Positions 55,069 through 64,000 of a stretch of DNA of 64,000 bases are shown here, piece after piece. The notes below the pieces were generated by a model that had not been told where the DNA came from, ran no database searches, and was given only the letters and a program-made list of their open reading frames with translations. This DNA comes from Octopus sinensis (taxonomy: Eukaryota). A program made the position numbers and the translations under genes. The stretch covers positions 41,540,001 through 41,604,000 of the forward strand of contig NC_042999.1 of assembly GCF_006345805.1 (NCBI RefSeq), given 5' to 3'. Position 1 is the first letter of the stretch. Every line of letters starts with the position of its first letter.

Positions 55069-55470
55069 GTGTAGGAGTGTCTGTGTGGTAAGTTGCTTGC
55101 TTACCAACCACATTGTTCCGGTTTAGTCCCACTGCGGGGCACCTTGGGTAAATATCTGCTACTATAGCCTCGTGCCGACCAAAGCCTTGTGAGTGGATTT
55201 GGTAGACGGAAACGGAAAGAAGCCTGTCGTATATATGTATATATATATACGTGTGTGTGTGGGGTGTCTGTGTTTGTGCCCCCAACATCGCTTGACAACC
55301 GATGCTGGTGTGTTTACATCCTTGTAACTTAGCGGTTCGGCAAAAGAGACCGATAGAATAAGTATTAGCTTACAAAGAAGAAGTCCTGGGGTCGATTTGC
55401 TCGACTAAAAGGCGATGATCCAGCATGGCCGAAGTCAAATGACTGGAACAAGTAAAAGAGTAAAAGAGAG
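55069..55470 (+). mobile_element. SINE family A, full length
   Basis: Same head, internal TA/TG tract and gtaaaagagtaaaaga tail. Confidence 0.9.
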
Positions 55471-55512
55471 TGTTTAGTAAATCAATACATAAATTAAAAC
55501 AAAAAAGAAAGA

Positions 55513-55722
55513 AAGCTGGCAGAATCGTCACCGAGCCAGGAGAATGCTTCGCAACATTTCGCCCTGCTTTTAGGTTCTGAGTTCAAATTCCGCCCAGATC
55601 GACTTTACCTTCATCTTTTTACGGGGTTGTAAAAAAAAATAAGAAACTGTTGAACACTGGGGTCGATATAATCGACTTAGCTCCTCCCGTCAAATTGTTG
55701 GTCTCTGCCAAAATTTGAAATT
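55513..55722 (+). mobile_element. SINE family B variant
   Basis: agctggcagaatcgt...ttctgagttcaaattccgcc..gatcgactttaccttcatc...cactggggtcgatataatcgactta. Confidence 0.7.
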
Positions 55723-56296
55723 CATATACAAATTGAAAAAATAAAGGAATACATTGGAAAATTGAGACCAAGTAATAAAAACAGTCGAGATAGGGTTAAA
55801 GGCCGCTCAGTTACGGTTAACCTGGAGTTAGTAACATAGAACGAAAAACGTGTGAACTGTACGTTATAAAAGCTAAAATGAGGCTATTCTAAAATTAATT
55901 TAAGAATAAGGACAAAGAATTTAATGAACCAAAGTACAATCAAATTCATTGTACATCTTCGAGATGAATGGAACTCCAAGTTTAATGAAGAGTTTTGTGC
56001 TATTCTCATTGGTGGTGGCCATAGTGGTAGTGTTCGTTAGACAAAATATATAGTTCAAAGTAACATGAACTATATGTGTGCGTATCTGTTATCTTAGATA
56101 ATACATCTGTGTATTCCCATCCAAGATGGAGACGAGTATCGACATTCCATAAGGCAGTGTTGATAATTTTTGAGAAATTCTTCTCAGCATGAAACCAAAG
56201 GAACACTCGGTAACCAAGAAATAACGAATACTTCTCCATCGATGCGGTATTCAGTACTCATTCTGAATGTTTGATATTAGGGTATATGTATGTATG

Positions 56297-56330
<34 letters not shown>

Positions 56331-56685
56331 TTATGTATGTATATATATATATGTATAAATATATGTATATATATGAATATATGCATGTGCATGTATGTAT
56401 GTATGTATATATATACATATATGTTTATGTATATATACATATATATGTCTATGTGTATATATATATATATATATTTATATATACATATATATATACATGA
56501 TTATATATATATATGTTTATGCACATATGTATATATATACATACATATAGATATAGATATAAATACACATACATACATACATACATGCATACATACATAC
56601 ATACATACATACATACATACATACATACATACATACCTACGTACATACATACATACATACATGCATACATACATACATACATACA

Positions 56686-56748
<63 letters not shown>

Positions 56749-56789
56749 TTGAATTTTTAAACCTAAGCCAAAAGATGACAAAGGAGATC

Positions 56790-57075
56790 TGCGATCTGCT
56801 TGAGCGGCCGAAGCCAGCTCTAGAAGAAAAAACGAATATCTTTGGTTTCAAGACGAAAGGTGTTCTTTCATCAGGATAATACTCAGCCACATACAGCGAG
56901 GATGACACTCCAAAGGCTGGAGCAGTTTGAATGGGAAACCATGCCCCGCCCACTATATTCGCCGCACATTGCCCCATCTGATTATCATATATTCCGCAGT
57001 CTTCAAAATCATTCGGACGGAAAACATGAATTCTGTAGACGAGGTCAGAACAGTACTGGAAGAGTATTGTTCGTC
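56790..57075 (+). pseudogene. Mariner (DD34D-type) transposase C-terminal fragment
   Basis: VFFHQDNTQPHTA...PRPLYSPHIAPSDYHIFRSLQNH. Confidence 0.85.
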
Positions 57076-57099
57076 ACGGTGTTTTTTAGACTACTTTTA

Positions 57100-57660
57100 T
57101 TTCACATAGTTACAATGCTCTTCCATCTATCTGGCAGACTTGCAAGGTCCCTTCCAAAATTCACTTGTCCGTGATGATCAATACTCCTCCAGTATTGTTC
57201 TGACATAATTTACAGAATTCATGTTACCAGTAACTATTCGGTCGAAAAAAGGTTCATTCGGAGACATTACAGCAAAGAAGAGCACCCGTTAAATCTCTGC
57301 GTACGATAGGAACACATTGACCCAATTTGCTGACTTTTCCGATGGGACGCAAGTGTCGATAAATGGTTGAATCACAAAATCCAAGATTCTCTACTTGTTC
57401 CTCAACAGTTAAGACGGGATTTTGTTCCACCTGGGTTTGCAGGACGTCCGCATAAATCTCTATAAACCTGCAGGACTAGATCATTTTCTAGGCTTTAGTT
57501 TCCGGCTCGGAATTTCTGGAACAACCGTTGACACTAGGTTACGCTTCTTGTCCAATTCCCATATACTGCATTAATATTCCTCACACTTCCCTTTGCGTTC
57601 TTGCCTTCCTTGAACACATAAAGCAAAATTAACTTTTAGTTCATGCATTATTTATGGGAT
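57100..57660 (-). mobile_element. Internally deleted mariner copy in opposite orientation
   Basis: 57181-57225 is a diverged reverse complement of 57023-57067; the minus strand also shows an N-terminal-like GRP segment and ends at a TA tract. Confidence 0.55.
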
Positions 57661-57899
57661 ATATATATATATATATATAAACAATTGCAGCGTGGAAGCT
57701 ATTGAAAAAGCGACGAAAATATTTTGACAGATTAAATTTAAATGTTGAAATGATTCTAACGGTGTTTTGTGTTTTTAATGGCTTCTAAACACATTCCAGC
57801 GTGCAACTGTTTTTCTTTCAGCACACGATCACAGATCAGGTCACCTGCTATAGAAGTACATCTCTGTAATACATACATACATACACACACACACTCACA

Positions 57900-57968
<69 letters not shown>

Positions 57969-58142
57969 ATAAATATTAGGGAATAAATCCAAATTTACAG
58001 GGAAAAAATCAGATTTAGGATTAAATCGATTTTATAGTAAAATATTATAAAATATTATTAGAGACAAAACCACTATTTTGCAAAACAAACAAGGAAAGAC
58101 TTAATCAATACATAAAATTTTAATAAATAGTCAAAAAAACCG

Positions 58143-58185
58143 CCACTACAATCGTTTCTTGTCTTGATCGACAATCTTCAGGTGG
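58143..58185 (-). ncRNA. Type I hammerhead ribozyme motif
   Basis: Minus strand ccac CTGAAGA ttgtc-gatcaa-gacaa GAAAC gatt GTA gtgg. Confidence 0.75.
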
Positions 58186-60461
58186 ACTTCCAATCTAAAA
58201 AATCAATATTTTAAAATATAAAAATAATAATTTTAAAATAATTAAAGTATGAATGAAAAAATATAAGTATATAATCCATATATAACCTATCTATAATCCA
58301 TATATAATCAATATATAAACAATATATAAACTAAAAAAACCTATCAACAATTAAATATAAAATATAAAATATAAAATATAAAATATAAAATATAAAACAA
58401 AACAAAAAAAAATAATAATAATATAATAATAAACTATATATACACCCATACACATATACCTAATTATATATAACCATATCTAACTACATACACTAAATCA
58501 CACACCTATATATATATCCCTATACATACACATAAAAATGTCTAGGCAACTATAACGAACATCTCTAAATTAATGAATGGAGAAATGGAATAAATGGAAT
58601 TAAAAATAAAATTCACGTGGCAAAACTAACACCACTCAAAAATTATGAATGAAACAATATAATAAAACAACCAACATCGAAAATAGACAAATTACTACGA
58701 ATTCCCTAAAAAAAACCATGATAAACCAAAACTCTTAAAAAACATATAACGATAAAATCTCCCTTTGCTAAACTCTATAACAAACCTATATAGTAATCCC
58801 CCTAACCTAAACATTCACACACAACACACACGTAAACCACAGACCCACGACTTATACACATACCTAAACTAACTTATAACCTCCATATACACCAAAACCC
58901 ACTCCCTCCCACACAGACAAATTAACTCATACATCCCAAAACCTAAATAACAAACCATATACACATTCACACAAACACACACACACGCAAAACAGCACAC
59001 ACAACAGATACATATACTCCCTCACATATACGCATATACATACTCACTAAACTCGATATATACAACAATATTTACACACCCACATTCATACAGATAAATA
59101 AATTATACAACTAAAAACTCGCACACAATCTCATATACATAAACACTCCTATGAAAACAACATTAAATACATCGTAATTAACCAGAATATCAAAAATAAC
59201 AATATGACATAAAGGTAAATAAAATACATACTTACAATTCAGTGTCAAATTATGAAGTGAAATTAAATTCTTAGCCGTTAAAAAAATCAAACCAAAATTA
59301 CGTTACCATCGTTTCCAGAGCGGTTATACTTTTTATATATATGTTAAGTTCCTTGGTAAAGTAATTTTGTTTGGTGTATATGTTGAGGCTTATATGTACT
59401 TGTGGGTGTGTGTGAGTGGGGTGGGAGTTTGTATTTGTTATGGGTGTGTGGTTTACGAGTGGTTTTGTGTGTGAATGTATAGGTTAAAGGAATTGCTATA
59501 TAAGTATGTTTTAGTGTTTAGTAAAGGGAGGTTTTATCATTTCTGTTTTGTGAGTTTTAGCTTATCATGGTAGTTTTATAAAAGAATCCATTCATAATTT
59601 TTGTGTTTATTTGTCTGTGTGGGGTTGAGTGGGTTTTTTGGAGTATATGTTGAGGTTTATATATATGTATTGGTATGTGTAAGTGGTGTGGGTATTTGTA
59701 TATGTCGTGGGTGTGTGGTTTACGTGTGTGTATTTGTGTGTGAATGTTTAGGTTAGGGGGATTGCTATATAGGTTTGTTATAGAGTTTAGTAAAGGGAGA
59801 TTTTATCATTATATGTTTTTATGAGTTTTGGTTATCATGGTAGGTTTGATAAGGAATTTGTAGTAATTTGTGTCTATTTGCGATGTCTGTTGTTTATTGC
59901 ATTGTTTCATTCATAATTTTTAAGTAGTGTTCGTTTTACCAAGTGAATATATTTTTAATTCCATTTATTCCATTTCCCGTTCATAGTTTTGAGTGATGTC
60001 CGTTTTCTAGAGCGTGAATGTGGGTTGTATGTGTGTGTGTGTGGGAGTATGAATAAGTATTGTGTTGAAGTATTTAGCTATTTTATTTATTTATAGTTGC
60101 CTAGACATTTTTATGTGTATGTATAGGGATATATATATAGGTGTGTGATTTAGTGTATGTAGTTAGATATGGTTATATATAATTAGGTATATGTGTATGG
60201 GTGTATATATAGTTTTTTATTATATATTATTATTATTTTTTTTTGTTTTGTTTTATATTTTATATTTTATATTTTATATTTTATATTTTATATTTAATTG
60301 TTGATAGGTTTTTTTAGTTATATATTGTTTATATATTGATTATATATGGATTATAGATAGGTTATATATGGATTATATACTTATATTTTTTCATTCATAC
60401 TTTAATTATTTTAAAATTATTATTTTTATATTTTAAAATATTGATTTTTTAGATTGGAAGT

Positions 60462-60504
60462 CCACCTGAAGATTGTCGATCAAGACAAGAAACGATTGTA
60501 GTGC
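60462..60504 (+). ncRNA. Mirror copy of the 58143 hammerhead (helix I shortened by a 1-nt deletion)
   Basis: ccac CTGAAGA ttgtc-gatcaa-gacaa GAAAC gatt GTA gtgc. Confidence 0.7.
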
Positions 60505-60590
60505 GGTTTTTTTGACTATTTATTAAAATTTTATGTATTGATTAAGTCTTTCCTTGTTTGTTTTGCAAAATAGTGGTTTTGTCTCTAATA

Positions 60591-60628
<38 letters not shown>

Positions 60629-60682
60629 CATACATACATACATGCATGCATACATACATACATACATACATACATACATACA

Positions 60683-60734
<52 letters not shown>

Positions 60735-60742
60735 GATAGATA

Positions 60743-60816
<74 letters not shown>

Positions 60817-61104
60817 GGATAGATAGATAGCCTCCCTTATAGATAGTTACTGATACAGATCCTGAAATCCTTACAATATTTATGACCATACTCAACTATA
60901 AACTGTCACCTCACTCCTGCCCTTCATTTTGTGTGTGTGTGTGTGTGCGCGAGCGTGTGTGTGTGTGCGCGCGAGCGTGTGTGTGTATGTGTGTGTTTAT
61001 TAATAGTCATATATGTGCATATAGATATAATCATATATCTACAGATATGTCTATTTAAATGTATTTGTATGCGTGTATACATGCAGTTATTCAATGTTTA
61101 AATA

Positions 61105-61360
61105 GAGGGAGAATTCACAATAAAACAAAAGACGAAGACAGGTGGTGTAGACAACAAACAGTTGTATTAATATAACGCTCGGGAAGTGAAAATATCTTTA
61201 ACGTTTCGAGCGTACGCTCTTCCACAGAAAGAAACAGAGAAAGAAACAAGGAGAGAAAATAAAGAATGTATAGTGGCTAGCGATCTATCATGGCGAATGC
61301 CGGACAGAAGGGTAACACAGGAGAGCTAGGCAGCAAGGGAGATAATAAAGTAGTGGTGTT
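61105..61360 (-). mobile_element. Family P2 hammerhead-bearing short element, longest copy
   Basis: Reverse complement of 2130-2345; shares the terminal gggagaattcacaa. Confidence 0.7.
61195..61232 (-). ncRNA. Minimal hammerhead motif, variant core CUGUGGA
   Basis: Minus strand tcttt CTGTGGA a gagc-gtac-gctc GAAAC GTT aaaga. Confidence 0.65.
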
Positions 61361-61420
61361 ATGTATATACAATGTATGTATGTATGTAAGTATGTATGTA
61401 TGTATTTATGTATCTATCTC

Positions 61421-61461
<41 letters not shown>

Positions 61462-61465
61462 ATAA

Positions 61466-61536
61466 TAATAATAATTTAACGTCGATTGGTCAAGTACGTA
61501 TGTTAATTATCAGTGCCCTCAAATTTAAAATTTCTT

Positions 61537-61588
<52 letters not shown>

Positions 61589-61657
61589 ATAATAATACTT
61601 TAACGTCGCTTGGTCAAGTACGTATGTTAATTATCAGTGCCCTCAAATTTAAAATTT
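61466..61657. repeat. ~68-bp direct repeat, each copy preceded by (TATC)n
   Basis: aataata.tttaacgtcg.ttggtcaagtacgtatgttaattatcagtgccctcaaatttaaaattt occurs twice; the second copy runs into the hammerhead. Confidence 0.9.
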
Positions 61658-61662
61658 GAAAT

Positions 61663-61745
61663 ACTGTACTGATGAGGTGAAAGAGTGAGTAGAATTATGG
61701 TTTTACATTTTTTACATCGCTCTAACTCCGAAACGCGTATACAGT
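61663..61745 (+). ncRNA. Type I hammerhead ribozyme, fully canonical core
   Basis: actgta CTGATGA g..agagtga.....tcgctct..c GAAAC gc GTA tacagt; perfect 6-bp helix I, palindromic ACGCGU helix III, predicted cleavage after 61739. Confidence 0.85.
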
Positions 61746-61947
61746 CAATCAGAGCCGGGTGGATTCCTTACTTTTTTTTCTCTTTACCTGCGTGAGTTGT
61801 TGACTATTGCTGTCTGGGTGATATCTTATGGTAGTAAAATAGTAGTTTAACTGCTTTTCTAAATTTCGGTATGTGGTGAAGCAAATTTTTGCTGAACCCT
61901 ATTTATAATTATACTCATAATTATAGAATTTGGTATCTATCTATCTC

Positions 61948-61984
<37 letters not shown>

Positions 61985-62007
61985 ATATCTATCTATCTAT
62001 CTATCTA

Positions 62008-62080
<73 letters not shown>

Positions 62081-62560
62081 CATACATACGTACGTACACA
62101 CATATCTATACATTACACAGTACTTTCATTGTGCTCCCATAGTTCGTGTTCAATAAAAGTAAAGCAAACAAACATTCATGTAACGATGATGACCTTCTGT
62201 CTGAAAAACTGTTGAACTCTAATTATTTACTTGGAATTGGTTAAGGTTTTTATTGTACTGCTGCAACGTGAAACTTCTGCAAAACTTACTCCATTATTTA
62301 CAGCCAATTCTTGCTTCTTTTTTAGCTTTGCTTTGCCAATTCCGTTCATAATATATTGTTTCGAAGTGATCACGGCATGATAAACCGAAATAACTAAATT
62401 AAACAACAGAACGCTATTTACAACAGATAGTAATTTCCCGCTGCATTCTTCTGTTTTCCGTCAACGTTACTATTACTCACATACTCACCCCTCACCATCC
62501 ATCATCCTTCTTTTTCTCCCCCACGCTCTCTTAAACTCTCTATATTTCTTTCTATCGCTC

Positions 62561-62609
<49 letters not shown>

Positions 62610-63061
62610 GTGAGTGGTTTTCTCTATATGTTTTCCTTTCTTTACTTTCTGCCTCTCCTAATTTCTTGCGCTTTCTCATATGTTGATGTGCTTATCTGTT
62701 TGATACACTCCAGCTGAGATCAGTTTATATGATATTTCTATAAGCTCACACACGCGCGCACACGCACGCATATATACCCCGAAACTAATACATACATATA
62801 TCTGTGGGTTCACATATATATATATACATATTATATATATATAATATATATATATATATGTATATATGTATATATATGTATATATATATATATGTATGTA
62901 TATATATGCATATATATATATATATATATATAATATATATATATATATCCATATAATACATATATACACATATTTGTGCATATATTTATGTATATATATA
63001 TATTCATTTATATACATATTACATATATAAGCGTATATATAAATATATATATAGGCATATG

Positions 63062-63141
<80 letters not shown>

Positions 63142-63196
63142 GTTTGTGTGTGTATAGACAACCATACATTCCTGAACAGATACACACATTCCTATG

Positions 63197-63236
<40 letters not shown>

Positions 63237-63386
63237 TATAGATATAGATATATATATATACATATATATACAATATATATATATATATTATATATATATA
63301 TACATACATACATATATATATATATATGTATAAAATATATATATAAAATTACAAAAGGGACAAGAACGCAAAACACTCAAAGAGAC

Positions 63387-63431
<45 letters not shown>

Positions 63432-63846
63432 ATAATCGCACATATATATATATATATATATATACATACATACAAATACACACACACACATATTCAGACA
63501 TATACCTACATAACCACGGAGGTACACATACAGCAACCCCCAAAAATATATACATATAAACCACGACACAATTATCACTTCCTTCCGCTCACAATTTCGC
63601 TTTCCTTCTCCAGAAAATTACATTTACTTTTACGTTCAGTTCCTTTATCAAATCGATGTTCGTCACTGCAAAGAATAATGGCAGGCAATAGCAGAAGATA
63701 AACTGTTGCACAAGACATCTTCATAGCATATCTCGTAGAACGTGAGGTTTAGCAGCCGACCGTCTGTTTCATGTTACGCTGTATTCGACCAATGACAGGA
63801 GCAGTAACTAGTAATCAATACGGTAATACGAAAGAGAGTCTTTTGC

Positions 63847-63897
<51 letters not shown>

Positions 63898-63921
63898 GCA
63901 CACATACATATTTGAATATAG

Positions 63922-63952
<31 letters not shown>

Positions 63953-64000
63953 AGCTTCCTCTGTGTTTAGCCCCCTTTGGGCAATAAGTATATATATACA

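Larger units (their letters stand above)
58046..60600. repeat. 2.5-kb fold-back: near-perfect ~510-bp inverted arms plus diverged inner inverted arms
   Basis: 58046-58555 is the reverse complement of 60091-60600; ~58556-58865 is a diverged reverse complement of ~59690-60002; bounded by (TA)n tracts. Confidence 0.92.

Noticed and set aside
61466-61657. Repeat-spacer-repeat as a CRISPR-like array
   Set aside because: Only two units, the spacer is a TATC microsatellite, the context is eukaryotic and there are no cas genes.

Overview
AT-rich, microsatellite-saturated eukaryotic DNA with no host protein-coding gene that I can support. The recurring tRNA-headed SINE families resemble those I recall from octopus (coleoid cephalopod) genomes; this is inference. 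Almost all ORF-track entries are translations of (TA)n, (CA)n, (GATA)n, (TACA)n or (GAA)n repeats. The real coding signal is all transposon-derived: a Helitron helicase remnant (~1.5-1.9 kb), an RTE LINE 3' end (~26.4-26.8 kb), an IR/DR-type Tc1 DD34E element (28.4-29.9 kb), two Tx1/L1-clade LINE 3' ends embedded in (GATA)n (30.4-32.9 kb), a CR1/L2-type endonuclease fragment (37.6-38.5 kb) and several mariner remnants (49-51.8 kb, 56.8-57.7 kb). At least four SINE families are present. The most notable hidden structure is about 14 intact or degenerate type I hammerhead ribozyme motifs, read by eye, from several unrelated short non-coding elements that sit mostly at (TA)n tracts. Most have the minimal, palindromic helix III typical of Penelope-like elements and retrozymes. 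One family consistently carries a non-canonical core (CUGUNGA). One motif lies between ~540-bp-period direct repeats, and two lie in the arms of a 2.5-kb fold-back inverted repeat. No folding, alignment or database search was run, and coordinates of degenerate elements are approximate.
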